Source: a virus (Duplodnaviria > Heunggongvirae > Uroviricota > Caudoviricetes). From it: a DNA stretch of 57,902 nucleotides. Each line of letters opens with the position of its first letter. The stretch's first letter is position 1. Where the stretch lies: IMG/VR virus record IMGVR_UViG_2811995276_000001, one strand, 5' to 3'. The notes beneath the pieces were generated by a model. It was not told the DNA's origin. It saw only the letters and a program-made list of their open reading frames with translations, and searched no databases. Positions 31,868-42,110 of the stretch are shown here, piece after piece. Made by a program: the position numbers and the translations under genes.

Positions 31868-32389
31868 TCACCAAGCCTTATCTGTTACTAAGTACTTTTG
31901 CTCATAAGCTAAATATTCTTTTGGAGCTTCACGAGGAAACGAGTTTGCAAGCCTTGTTTTGCCTAAACCTGCTATATTTTTGTTAACGAAAAGGGCATCT
32001 AATCTATCACAAATTTCTTCAATTCTACCTGCAAAAGAAAAGTCATTATGAGATAGAATTTGAAATATAATTTCTCGATCGACTAAAGAATAATTACCAA
32101 ATTTAGCTTTTGATTTACCATAATATACAAATACAACAGTTTTCTTATATTCTTCTATATCATCAGTTTTTTGTGATGTACGTATATGGTCAAATATGAT
32201 TTCGTCGTATTCGTCTTCTGGTAATTCTGTAATATTTGGTAAATTCTCATCAGTAAAATCAACAAAATTTTCATTATCATCTAATGGGTTGTAATGAAGT
32301 AGTCTTAGTAGATGTTCATCATTCTTCATTACATTAATAAATTTTTGTTTAATGTCTCCACGATTGGATACCTTATACTTTATTTGCAT
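31868..32389 (-). CDS. Putative tail terminator/head-tail joining protein
   Basis: ATG at 32389 has a GAGG RBS; lies upstream of MTP. Confidence 0.55.
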   Translation of the reverse strand: MQIKYKVSNRGDIKQKFINVMKNDEHLLRLLHYNPLDDNENFVDFTDENLPNITELPEDEYDEIIFDHIRTSQKTDDIEEYKKTVVFVYYGKSKAKFGNYSLVDREIIFQILSHNDFSFAGRIEEICDRLDALFVNKNIAGLGKTRLANSFPREAPKEYLAYEQKYLVTDKAW

Positions 32390-33047
32390 GTTCAACCTCA
32401 ACTGCTTTCTGTGCAGATAGTACAATATAACCTTCATGGTCAATAACTTTATCTAATTGAATATCAGTTATTTTATAAGCATCATTAAATATTTCGAATT
32501 CATAGTTTAGGTTCAAGAATTTTAAGAAGTCTTCTTCATACCTTAAATAAATAATTACTCGACCTTCTGTTAATGGTAAGATTGCATTGTCAGCGATTGA
32601 GTAACCTTTAACATCTACAACTATAGGTATATGTTTGAATGTATACTCATCACGATAAGTAAAACTGCCATTTCTACCATTTACCTTAACTCTCTTCTTA
32701 CCTGTCGGAAGTTTAAAGTCCTCGTTACATAATTTGGCAAGTAGGTTAGGATATATATCGTTATCGTTTGATTTAAGAGTTAAATATGTAAAACCTCGAT
32801 GACTGATGTAATTTCCAACTCTTGCTTCTTTTGCATCTGGTTTAAATAAGAATGTTCTATCATAAAAATCTTTTTGATAAACGCTAACTACCGCCAAAGA
32901 TTCTTCTCCATTCACTTCTACATTCGATAGAGTAGGGGAAGATAGGAATGAACGTAATGCACTTTGTTTACTAGCTTCTAATACATGAGAGCTTAATGTG
33001 GTACCATAAGGCGTATTAATTTTTTTATACCTATCAAAATAATTCAT
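32373..33047 (-). CDS. Putative head closure protein
   Basis: Start re-called at MNYFDRY; beta-rich; follows the connector gene. Confidence 0.5.
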   Translation of the reverse strand: MNYFDRYKKINTPYGTTLSSHVLEASKQSALRSFLSSPTLSNVEVNGEESLAVVSVYQKDFYDRTFLFKPDAKEARVGNYISHRGFTYLTLKSNDNDIYPNLLAKLCNEDFKLPTGKKRVKVNGRNGSFTYRDEYTFKHIPIVVDVKGYSIADNAILPLTEGRVIIYLRYEEDFLKFLNLNYEFEIFNDAYKITDIQLDKVIDHEGYIVLSAQKAVEVEHANKV

Positions 33048-33048
33048 A

Positions 33049-33465
33049 TTATTTGGACATCCTAAACTTATTTCTAAAACTATAAGCATTCATCATAGCA
33101 TCAACATCAGACTGATATTCAGATTTAGTTGCTTTAAGCTCTTTTAATAAAGTCGCTTGAGAATACTGTTTATAGTCTTTTGAATTTAATAATATTCTCA
33201 TGTTGTCTTCAGAAATTATAAATTTGTCCAAGTGATTAATAACCATTAGATTTGCTATAATTTCTTGCTCTACGTTTGTTAATTCATTTACGAACATACT
33301 CTCAAATGTTTCAGTTTTTTCTTCATCCAACTGAGGGAAGTAAGCTAGAGCTTGTAGTAATTTATTCTTCAAATCCTCTTCTAAAACTTCTTGTTCAAGT
33401 TGTGCATAAGAGAAATCTGTGATTTTTGATAAAAATTTGTCATAAATTAAATTGAAGTCAGTCAA
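33049..33465 (-). CDS. Putative head-tail connector/adaptor
   Basis: TTG start with GGAGG; helical; MTDFNLIYDKFLSKITD type N-terminus. Confidence 0.6.
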   Translation of the reverse strand: MTDFNLIYDKFLSKITDFSYAQLEQEVLEEDLKNKLLQALAYFPQLDEEKTETFESMFVNELTNVEQEIIANLMVINHLDKFIISEDNMRILLNSKDYKQYSQATLLKELKATKSEYQSDVDAMMNAYSFRNKFRMSK

Positions 33466-33486
33466 GAGTAATTCCTCCTAACCCTT

Positions 33487-34050
33487 TTAAACGTTTAAAA
33501 CTGATAAACTAGAATCAATATTTAATGAGTCTTCAATCGCTCTAATAGTATGAGCATTTGATAATTCACCTTGTTCATATCGCTTTTTCATTGCTTGATA
33601 AATATTTTCTTTAATTGAACTTGAAAAGTTAGCTAATTCAACTTTAAGATTAGCAGGGTTCATTTCAAAAATGTTTTCCAATTCTTCAGGTAAAACAATT
33701 TTATTCATATACTTCTTAATACCTAAAAATTCTACGGCTTCTTCATCGTCAACAAATAACCAACCTTTTTCAAAAACGGAACGAGCTGAGTTTTTCATGA
33801 TTTGTAAGTCTTCAATAGTCATATAATCAGAGTCTAAATATTCACCTAAATCAAGGTAGCCATTTCCTTTTTTTGCTGCATATGTAAATGAAGCTTGTGC
33901 CATATTAATAACTAATACTTCTTTAGATAAATCAACCTTAGGACGTGTGTTTTTAGTGGCACGTTTAGTAGTCGTTGATTTTCGAGTTGTTTTTTTAGGT
34001 GTAGCTTTAACTTCTTCAACTTCAATATCTTCATTTTTACGAATAGCCAT
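33487..34050 (-). CDS. Hypothetical protein after the major capsid gene
   Basis: AAGGAG RBS; Lys/Thr-rich N-terminal linker. Confidence 0.7.
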   Translation of the reverse strand: MAIRKNEDIEVEEVKATPKKTTRKSTTTKRATKNTRPKVDLSKEVLVINMAQASFTYAAKKGNGYLDLGEYLDSDYMTIEDLQIMKNSARSVFEKGWLFVDDEEAVEFLGIKKYMNKIVLPEELENIFEMNPANLKVELANFSSSIKENIYQAMKKRYEQGELSNAHTIRAIEDSLNIDSSLSVLNV

Positions 34051-34071
34051 ATTATATCTCCTTTGAAATTA

Positions 34072-34099
34072 AAGAAAGCTCCCATAGAGTAGGGAGCTT
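34072..34099 (-). terminator. Intrinsic terminator after the major capsid gene
   Basis: Stem aagctccc/gggagctt. Confidence 0.7.
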
Positions 34100-34131
34100 A
34101 AAAATTTGAATTATGTATAGTTTTTATTTTA

Positions 34132-35133
34132 TTAGCTTAATTCTACAGCACCATATTTAGCTCCAGTAATTACTGCAACACCAGCACGAGTAATTACATC
34201 AAAGCTTACTTGCATATCAGTGCGGTAACCTTCAGAACCATTTTCTTCACGCACAATGTAATGTCCATCTTGAACAACTTTTACAAGCTTTTCATCTGTG
34301 TTTGGTAAGATAAAGATAACATCATTTTTAATACCGAAGTCATCAGTACCAGCTTTATGGAACTGTGGTAAAGCGATAGTTTCGTATCCGTCAACATGGC
34401 CAAAGTAACCAGATACATTTTTGTCGCCCTTTTGTTGATCTGATGATACTTCAGGTTTTAATTTACGTAAAGCAGCTTTAGTACCTACGATAATAGCTTG
34501 TCCGTTAGCGGCTTCAACATGGTCAGCAATTTCAATAACTTTTGCTTTAACGTCTTCATCTTTACCTGAAACGTTACCTTTGTATGTAGAATTTAATTTA
34601 TCTACAGATCCATAGAGCGCTTCTGCAATACGTTGAGCGATGTCATTAACAAATGAATCAGCTAAACGAGTTGTTAATTTAGCCCAGTCAGTTCGACCTG
34701 ATAAGAAGCGAACTAATTCTTCATAAACACCTGCGCCAATAGTATGCATTGGAACAACCAATTCATCAGTATCCAAACGTTTACGTAACACGTTACCGTT
34801 ACCTAAAGAAATTGTAGCTACAGGGAATAATTGAATATCTTCTACGATAAATTTATTAGTATCCCCAAAAGCGAGGTTTTTGTATTCTGCAAATTGACCA
34901 AACACTTCAGATGTACGGTCATTAACTACAGGTGCAATAGTGTCTTCGATAAATTCGAATAATTGCACTTTATGTGCACGGTATGTGCGATAATCAAGAG
35001 TATCAGTACCAAACTCTTCAATCATTTTTTCTCGAATTGTATTAGATAAATCATTGTTAGAAAAATTAGTTGTTGCATCACCACGGCCAGCAGCGATTGC
35101 GACTTTTTTTAATTCAGCATTTAATAAAGTCAT
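34132..35133 (-). CDS. Major capsid protein
   Basis: 333 aa, GGAGG RBS, follows protease/scaffold and a small head gene, followed by a terminator. Confidence 0.85.
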   Translation of the reverse strand: MTLLNAELKKVAIAAGRGDATTNFSNNDLSNTIREKMIEEFGTDTLDYRTYRAHKVQLFEFIEDTIAPVVNDRTSEVFGQFAEYKNLAFGDTNKFIVEDIQLFPVATISLGNGNVLRKRLDTDELVVPMHTIGAGVYEELVRFLSGRTDWAKLTTRLADSFVNDIAQRIAEALYGSVDKLNSTYKGNVSGKDEDVKAKVIEIADHVEAANGQAIIVGTKAALRKLKPEVSSDQQKGDKNVSGYFGHVDGYETIALPQFHKAGTDDFGIKNDVIFILPNTDEKLVKVVQDGHYIVREENGSEGYRTDMQVSFDVITRAGVAVITGAKYGAVELS

Positions 35134-35159
35134 TTATGTATTCCTCCGATTTGATTAAA

Positions 35160-35591
35160 TTATTTTACTTTGCGGATACGATAAGCTGGACGACGATCTG
35201 CGCCGATTGTTGTAACAGCTTCTAATACATAGTCACCAGCGCCAGCTGCAAACTTACCGCCTTCAATAGTTAATTGAGCTTTAGCTTCTAAAGATTCTGT
35301 ATGTAAAGCTTGCTCAACTGTAAAAGTATCACCTTTTTCAAGTTGGTGAGCTCGCATTACAGAACCAGAAGGATTTTTAAAGTCAATAGATTTACTTGAA
35401 TTAGTAAAATCAACTTCAGGCGTAGATACTAAATAATGATTTTCAGCAGTAGCTTCTTTAGCTGTATATAATCGGTCTTCACCTTCAACTAAATCACCTT
35501 TGCCTACTAAAGCACCGTTATGATATTCTTTGTCAGCCTTAATTGATTCAACGTAGTGTCCTAAAACACGATCTAAATTTAATTTAGCCAT
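35160..35591 (-). CDS. Putative capsid decoration/cement protein
   Basis: 143 aa, between scaffold and MCP, GGAGG RBS. Confidence 0.6.
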   Translation of the reverse strand: MAKLNLDRVLGHYVESIKADKEYHNGALVGKGDLVEGEDRLYTAKEATAENHYLVSTPEVDFTNSSKSIDFKNPSGSVMRAHQLEKGDTFTVEQALHTESLEAKAQLTIEGGKFAAGAGDYVLEAVTTIGADRRPAYRIRKVK

Positions 35592-35619
35592 TTATTTTTC
35601 CTCCGATATTTTTGATATA

Positions 35620-37125
35620 TTATAATTCTTCCAAAATTGCATCTAGAGTATTAGCTTTTGCATTGCTAAAACTTAATCCAATTTTAGAGATTGAAACAGA
35701 TTCATTGTTTTTATGTGATTTAATTGAAAAAGATTTTTTACCAATCACAGCAAAAATTTGTGTTTCTAATTCTTCAATTGTGATATCACTTGATTTACTT
35801 TTAAGAGTATTGATTTCTTCAGAAGTAAGTTGGTCTGAATATTTATTAAATAATGATTGTACTTTTTCGGTATGAACTTGTTCTTTTAGAGCTGCAAATT
35901 CTTGTGAAACTTCATCAAGCTTTTTAGCTTTCTCAAGTAATTCCTGAATATCTTCAACAGAGTATTTTGCGTCCCCGACAATAATTAACTCAGAAGGTTT
36001 TGGTAAATTTTCTTGCGCCTTTCGAATCTTGTCATGAACATTACCAAGTTCATCAAGGGTCTCTACATCGTTATTGATAGTTTCTACAACTTTGTCTGAA
36101 ATAGTAGGGGTATCTTGTTTAGAATCTTGTTTTTGAGGAGATTGCTTTTTAGTTGGTTTTTTCTTTGGAACTTCCTTTTCTTTTGGAGAAGGAGTTTCTT
36201 CTACTTGTTCTTCTTCAACATCGCTTGATTCTGTTTCTTCATCATGTAATTCTTCTTTAGCGTCTTGCTCTTCTTCATCTTGATTTGACTCTTCTAATTC
36301 ATTATCTGAGTCACTATTTTCACTAGTCTCTTCGACTTCTTTTGATTTATTTCTCTCAATAATTTCTAAACCTTCTTCGACATTATCTAGATCTAAACCA
36401 AAATCTTCAGTAGATTCGTTGTCGAAATTAGTTTTCTTTTTTTCCAATACTGTTCCTCCTTCAATTGATGAAAATTTAGTATTGAACTCTCTTATTTTCT
36501 CATCAATGAAATTTTTAGTATCAACTGAATACTTTAATTCAACAGTGCTATTATTCATAGCTGGTAATATATCATCACCCAATAAACATGCACCATAGAA
36601 TTCAAAGCTATCAAACTTAAATAATTCACCGTCAAAATAGCCAGTATAATTATCAGAAAGTTCCATAGACTGGCCAGTCACGCCATTCTTACCATGAATG
36701 AGATTAATGGCATCTTCCCATTTGTTCCATAAAATACCTTCAACTGTAAGATATTCTCGCTCAATCATGTCGTCGCCAATACGTTTTTCAAACTTAGCGT
36801 TATTACTTTCAGGAATTACACCAAATGGAATAGTTTTATTAATAAACTTAAGTTCACCATCTTCAGTAATTTCGAGATCTGACTCATGTCCGTAGAAATC
36901 TTCTTCTCCATAATTGTTTAAACCGATGCTACCCATGATTGGTGTATTGGCTAGGGTAGGAATGGCATTCTCAACTACTTCTCTAGTGAAAACTGAACCG
37001 TTTCTATTCTCGCCTAAATGCATTAACCATATTTTTACTTTGGTAAATCTAATATCATATTGAGCATCTTCAAATACATTAAGCACTTGGGTTGACATAG
37101 AAATAGAGTTTGAAAAGTTATTCAT
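35620..37125 (-). CDS. Prohead protease-scaffold fusion
   Basis: N-terminal HLGENRNGS...VEGILWNKW...GQSMEL...GACLLG, then an acidic linker and coiled coil. ATG at 37125 has an RBS. Confidence 0.8.
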   Translation of the reverse strand: MNNFSNSISMSTQVLNVFEDAQYDIRFTKVKIWLMHLGENRNGSVFTREVVENAIPTLANTPIMGSIGLNNYGEEDFYGHESDLEITEDGELKFINKTIPFGVIPESNNAKFEKRIGDDMIEREYLTVEGILWNKWEDAINLIHGKNGVTGQSMELSDNYTGYFDGELFKFDSFEFYGACLLGDDILPAMNNSTVELKYSVDTKNFIDEKIREFNTKFSSIEGGTVLEKKKTNFDNESTEDFGLDLDNVEEGLEIIERNKSKEVEETSENSDSDNELEESNQDEEEQDAKEELHDEETESSDVEEEQVEETPSPKEKEVPKKKPTKKQSPQKQDSKQDTPTISDKVVETINNDVETLDELGNVHDKIRKAQENLPKPSELIIVGDAKYSVEDIQELLEKAKKLDEVSQEFAALKEQVHTEKVQSLFNKYSDQLTSEEINTLKSKSSDITIEELETQIFAVIGKKSFSIKSHKNNESVSISKIGLSFSNAKANTLDAILEEL

Positions 37126-38668
37126 CTGATTTTTCACCACCTTTAATTGACTTATCAGGTGCCTTGCCGTCAGATGAATCTTTATTTGCTTGGCCACTGT
37201 CTGTTAATTCACTACTATCTTTTTGAGGTCTTCCACCTTTTGATTCTTCATTTTTTTGTTGTTTTTCGATTGCTTGATTTATACCACCTGTATGTGAACT
37301 TGCTAAAGGAATCATTTTTGTGTCTAAATCTAAAACTTCATTTTCAAGTTCAAGTGAAGTAAGTAGGGTGTGATAATCTTGACCGTGCATGGCAGCAATC
37401 CTTCCACGTACAGCAAATCCAAGAGTACCTGATTTTGTTAATTGCTCAAGATATCTGTCTTCATTCATCCCAGTTACATCAAGTAAAGATATTCTCCATT
37501 GATTTTTCACTGTTAGATTTCCAAATCGTATCTTTCTGTTAAGCCAACGTTCAACTTGGCGATAAAAACCAATAACTAATAATTCATCTTTGCGAGTTGA
37601 ATATTGTAATCCACCAGTAGAGTTTTTATCGTTGTTAAAAATGAACGACGAAACACCAGATGAATTATAGACATCTCTTGTTGCTTCTAATACTTTGTCA
37701 TTTTTATCATCTTTGTCCAACTTGATTGGATTAATTTCCATAGGTGAAGCAATGGTACCAATCTCATCAGGTAAACTATCATTTACCATCGCATTAAAGT
37801 ATTCCATTGCTTCTGGAGAAATGGCAAAGTTATCAGCTTGATAATCTTTATTACTGTTATCATGCATTGGAACTTTTTGATGTAACAACATATAGTTATT
37901 AATTTTCGCTCCAGCTTTTTTAAGCTTTTTATAATCATTTAATTCTATTAATGGTTCAAACATTACTGAAAAGGGTGGAAAAATTTCTGGGTCATTTTCA
38001 TTAAATTTAAAGCATACAGACTTGTTGAAGTCTGGTTCAAACCAATTATTTCCACCGTTGATTTTCATGATTTTATACGCTCTTATAAACTCTTCAGGAA
38101 AAGTTTGTAAAAGGTGTTCATTTCCTTCAAAGTACTTTAGATCGAAAGCAAAGAGATACATTCCATCTGCTAGACCAATTATTTTGCAATAATTAGGATC
38201 AAGCTTATAAATAAAATAATTATCTCCATCTTCAATTTCATAACCGAAGAAAATATCTTCAATAACACAAGTTTTAAATACTTTTGCAAGCTCATGCTTA
38301 ATATTCATTTTATTTAGCTGTAGCGATATTTTGGCTAAATCTTTTTGCACTTTATTAGAATTTAACTTGCTAGTGTCATAATGTATAGGATCTATAACAT
38401 GATAGAAGCGTGCCATTTTAATAAAGTAATTTAGCATACTTCTATACTCTCCAGATGATTTATATAACAATCTAGATAAATTGATTAAATGCCTATAATT
38501 AGCGTTAGGATTTTGTAACCATTTTGCTAAATCTGAACCAGAAATGTCATCAAGTGAAGTACGGGATGTGCGAAATAAAGAAGAAAGGTTGTGGCGTGAT
38601 AAAGGCACGCTTTTTACATTTGAATAATTTTTGAAGTATTCTTGAAAGTTTCTCTTATTGTCCTCCAA
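37118..38668 (-). CDS. Portal protein
   Basis: 516 aa directly after terL; C-terminal GGRPQKD motif. Confidence 0.85.
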   Translation of the reverse strand: MEDNKRNFQEYFKNYSNVKSVPLSRHNLSSLFRTSRTSLDDISGSDLAKWLQNPNANYRHLINLSRLLYKSSGEYRSMLNYFIKMARFYHVIDPIHYDTSKLNSNKVQKDLAKISLQLNKMNIKHELAKVFKTCVIEDIFFGYEIEDGDNYFIYKLDPNYCKIIGLADGMYLFAFDLKYFEGNEHLLQTFPEEFIRAYKIMKINGGNNWFEPDFNKSVCFKFNENDPEIFPPFSVMFEPLIELNDYKKLKKAGAKINNYMLLHQKVPMHDNSNKDYQADNFAISPEAMEYFNAMVNDSLPDEIGTIASPMEINPIKLDKDDKNDKVLEATRDVYNSSGVSSFIFNNDKNSTGGLQYSTRKDELLVIGFYRQVERWLNRKIRFGNLTVKNQWRISLLDVTGMNEDRYLEQLTKSGTLGFAVRGRIAAMHGQDYHTLLTSLELENEVLDLDTKMIPLASSHTGGINQAIEKQQKNEESKGGRPQKDSSELTDSGQANKDSSDGKAPDKSIKGGEKSDE

Positions 38669-38687
38669 AGAAAATCTTCACACCTTT

Positions 38688-40493
38688 CTATATAATTGAT
38701 TTAGGCTTTCTAATTGTGCCGAACATTTTGAAGTTTGTAGTTTTTGTGGAGTGTTGTAGGTTTCGTTCTAATTCAGTTGCTAGTTGATTTCCATAAGACA
38801 CTGATGAGTACCTGTCTTTACGTGCAGTACCAGAGGTAACAAGTTTGAATGCTCCACCGTCCATATTAACTTGTTCAAGGTTCATCACTTCATTTATAAA
38901 CAATTCCGTTTGTCTAAATGGATATTTTAATTGAGCTTGAATATTGCTTTTCAGTTGTGCAAATTTAAGTTTGCTGCTACTTCTCATTAATTCTTCAGCA
39001 ATTTCTTCTCGTATCAGTAATCGGAATTTACCTCGTAAAAAATTGTCGGCTAACATATTAGCCATTTCCATGTTTCTTTCATTAGTTGCGCTAATTGTAT
39101 GTATTACTTTCGGTGCATCAGGAAATTTACATGTAGATGCTAAATCTTCGTTATTGCAAACATTTAATGGTTCATATTCTATACCTCTTTCGGCATCCAT
39201 TAACGGAATGCGAAGGTTATCTAGAATACCTGCTCCGACGTTTTTCAAGTCAAGTACGATGTAATCGCAATCAAAATCATCGTATAATTGTCTAATCCTT
39301 ATTGCTTGGGTTTGGAAGTCAACACCTTCCATATCTTGCATATAAGTTAATTGTCGTTCATATTGCTTATTTTTGGGTATTAAGCGTATTAAACTGAATA
39401 CTGAAGCATCGTTTGAATTACCACCCATTCGTGCAACGTCAACCGATAAAATTCTTTTTTCTTTTGGTGATTTCTCTGGGTTAGTGAAGTTAACTTGTTC
39501 GATCACTTCACGAGGATAAAAAGCTTGCTTAAGTTTTCTATTCGCATCAATCTTGTTAAAGTTAAAGAATGCGGATTCTGATTCTCCCCACCATTTAGCT
39601 TCCATCTCCATTGCAAATTTCATTTTATTAAATCCATCTTGCTGAGCTTCTGCTTTCATTTGTTTGTGTGAGTAAAGCTTTTCTTTCACACCTGTAAAGT
39701 AGGGGATATGACAAACAAAAGATTTTAAGTCATCTTTAGCTTTATCCCTTAACATTTGTTTTGTATAGTTCCACATGGCTTGATAACTCCAATGAGCTTT
39801 CATCCAAGCTGAAGATAAATACATTTGCATATTTTCTTCACGAGGATAATCTTTATACTCAGGTTTGTTTAAAAATTTAGGCTCACGCTGAGATGTAAGC
39901 ATCTTTTTGAAGACGGTATCAATTGTATCTGCATCAACTTTTACAAACTCATCAACTAATAATAAATTCGCACGATGACCTCGAGCGTTATCGTTTGATG
40001 CTACAACTCTGATCCAACTACCATTATGAAAAGATATCATTGGCTTTTGGTTTCCAGTATTTATATCTTCTATCTCTCTAGCAAGAAGAGGAGACATCAT
40101 CTCATTCTCTATTTTTTCAAGAACATTAATACCTTGTGATTTTGTTGGGGCTGTAATAATTATTTTGGTTTCTGGGTATAAAACACATCTAGTAACGCAA
40201 TAAACGCCAGATAAGAAGGTCTTTCCAAGACCACGACTAGCAATGAATACAAAGTAGTGGTGATGTATCATTGCCCATAAAAGTACACATTGAAATGGTC
40301 TAAGGTTTATGCCTAAAAAATCTAATACAAATCTATGTGGGTTTTCTCTATAATAAGCTATCCAAATTGCAATATTTTTCATTGCCAAAACTGACTTAGA
40401 TTCTGTTTTTCGGTGATTACGTCTGAGTTTAAATAGATTCACTTTATGATGATATTGACTTCTGTGTGTGCCATCATTTGTACTAAATGCCAT
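38688..40493 (-). CDS. terL: Terminase large subunit
   Basis: Walker A ASRGLGKT, Walker B LLLVDEF, nuclease motifs LSVDVA and KDRYSS. Confidence 0.95.
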   Translation of the reverse strand: MAFSTNDGTHRSQYHHKVNLFKLRRNHRKTESKSVLAMKNIAIWIAYYRENPHRFVLDFLGINLRPFQCVLLWAMIHHHYFVFIASRGLGKTFLSGVYCVTRCVLYPETKIIITAPTKSQGINVLEKIENEMMSPLLAREIEDINTGNQKPMISFHNGSWIRVVASNDNARGHRANLLLVDEFVKVDADTIDTVFKKMLTSQREPKFLNKPEYKDYPREENMQMYLSSAWMKAHWSYQAMWNYTKQMLRDKAKDDLKSFVCHIPYFTGVKEKLYSHKQMKAEAQQDGFNKMKFAMEMEAKWWGESESAFFNFNKIDANRKLKQAFYPREVIEQVNFTNPEKSPKEKRILSVDVARMGGNSNDASVFSLIRLIPKNKQYERQLTYMQDMEGVDFQTQAIRIRQLYDDFDCDYIVLDLKNVGAGILDNLRIPLMDAERGIEYEPLNVCNNEDLASTCKFPDAPKVIHTISATNERNMEMANMLADNFLRGKFRLLIREEIAEELMRSSSKLKFAQLKSNIQAQLKYPFRQTELFINEVMNLEQVNMDGGAFKLVTSGTARKDRYSSVSYGNQLATELERNLQHSTKTTNFKMFGTIRKPKSII

Positions 40494-41383
40494 TACTTTT
40501 CACCTTCATATCCCAAAAGTTCTTCTTCAGAAATACCATATTTATCTATTTCTTCTTGATATTCTTCTTCATATGGGTTATCAGCTTCAAGTGATGCTAA
40601 CATTGGAGACAAGAATGAATTGCGAATGTATTTTTCAATATTATCAACATCTTTAAACTCAGGTAATACTTCAGGAACTGGTTGCTCATTTTCCCATATT
40701 TTAACCCAGTTTCCAAAGGTTTCATTAGCATTAGTTTTACTTTCTTTTTCTTGTGAAGGGGCAATACCTGCATTCCTCATTAGTTCTAAAATAAGTTTTG
40801 TTTCTTTAGATGTGTCTGACGATTTTAACCGTTTTTTGCGAATATCGAGTTCTAATTGGCATATTTGTGTTACTATACTTTCAAACGTAGGGCTATCCAC
40901 ATCATACGTTTTACAGTAGCTTTCATACCTAGAAATTAAAAAGATATATTCATCTTCAGTGTAGTCAGTACCCCAATATAGTTGACAATCTCTTAACTCT
41001 TCAGGGGTCAGTTTATCTATCGAATCTTCAGTAAGCATTGCTTCTTTTGTATTAAATAATCTGTCTGAATCGAGGAAAGTCTCTTGTAGTTTTTTTCTCG
41101 TAATGCGATTTATGTATTCTGTTCTATATCTATCTACTTCAATAAACAAATCTTCTTTAAATGGGACATTTAGACCCATAAGGATTTTCATAAAGTTTCC
41201 GTAACCTTCAATAGGTTCATTGATCAATTCATTTATACATTCACGACAAATCGGAAACAGTTTATCTTTGAATAATGGATTTGATCCGTTGATTGATAAG
41301 AAATTCTTTCTTTCAGCTACAAGATTGCGATTGCAACAAGCACATGTCTTAACAACTTCTTTCATTTTTGACCTTATAGCCAT
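40493..41383 (-). CDS. Putative terminase small subunit with N-terminal Cys motifs (YonG-like)
   Basis: CACC...CREC; overlaps the terL start by 1 nt. Confidence 0.6.
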   Translation of the reverse strand: MAIRSKMKEVVKTCACCNRNLVAERKNFLSINGSNPLFKDKLFPICRECINELINEPIEGYGNFMKILMGLNVPFKEDLFIEVDRYRTEYINRITRKKLQETFLDSDRLFNTKEAMLTEDSIDKLTPEELRDCQLYWGTDYTEDEYIFLISRYESYCKTYDVDSPTFESIVTQICQLELDIRKKRLKSSDTSKETKLILELMRNAGIAPSQEKESKTNANETFGNWVKIWENEQPVPEVLPEFKDVDNIEKYIRNSFLSPMLASLEADNPYEEEYQEEIDKYGISEEELLGYEGEK

Positions 41384-41399
41384 ATAGCCACCTGCTTTG

Positions 41400-42110
41400 C
41401 TTTAATCTTTGTTCGGTGGATGAAGGAAGGAGAGGGAAAGGGGGAGCCTTCATCCAACCAACAAAAACACCGACTACAATTGAGTCGGCATAAAAAGGGA
41501 ATGTCATGGAATAGAAAAAGAAAGAGAGCACATAAGCACTCAAAACTAAGCTAGTTTAATAACTAACTCAGTTTTCAATGTTTATAAATAATTTAATAGA
41601 TGCCATGTAACCAGTAACTTCAAGCATCTAAAGTATGTAAGTTTTCTTAAAACTGGACTTCTCACTGATGCGTCCATAAGTGAGAGTTATCTTAGTACGT
41701 CTACCTTGATAACTAAATTCAACTTATACATAACAAGACAAAATGGTCGCCATTAATAATTGACGCATAGAATATCAGCTTAATATTCCCAAAATTATCT
41801 TATACATTTGTATAAGCTTAACTCGGCTCTATTACATACATAACAGAGCTTACAAACGTAAAGTTTATTTCCTTTAAGACGCTTTGTTATAACAAAATGT
41901 ATTAATATCAAAATGGTTGCCCCAAACTTCCTATCTTATAAAGATAGCTAAGAAACGACCAACTTCTAGGCATTTGAGCTCTTTATAATCATCTAAGCCA
42001 ACTGGTCTAGTTGTAAAGTACTTAGAGATAACCATTTTGAAAATTTTATCCCCTCATATCAGAACGTGTCTTTTAAAAAAGATGAGGGCGCTGCCGTAAA
42101 ATATACTAAA
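41400..42110 (-). ncRNA. Candidate large structured non-coding RNA or late-operon leader
   Basis: 790-nt gap without a credible ORF, more than 12 helices and several long-range pairings. G-U wobbles work only on the minus strand. Boundaries are approximate. Confidence 0.65.
41463..41489 (-). terminator. Putative intrinsic terminator upstream of terS
   Basis: gccgact-caattgt-agtcggt followed by gtttttgt on -. Confidence 0.55.

Noticed and set aside
35620-37197. Longest-ORF starts for several genes (37197, 33089, 32443, 43655, 6020, 1003, 49564, 56898)
   Set aside because: Downstream ATGs have proper SD sequences, and most also avoid overlap with the previous gene; starts were re-called.
41349-41543. 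64-aa ORF on - upstream of terS
   Set aside because: No good RBS, runs through a terminator-like hairpin and the C/U loop, and overlaps terS out of frame.
41799-41816. Local hairpin cttataca-tt-tgtataag
   Set aside because: A 2-nt loop is sterically implausible. The right arm pairs better at long range with 41721-41730, so it was counted there instead.
41540-42110. Group I intron, tmRNA, RNase P or tRNA cluster as the explanation of the structured gap
   Set aside because: It does not interrupt a reading frame, and I could not find P7-type, T-loop/CCA or other signature sequences. A covariance search is still needed to exclude these formally.
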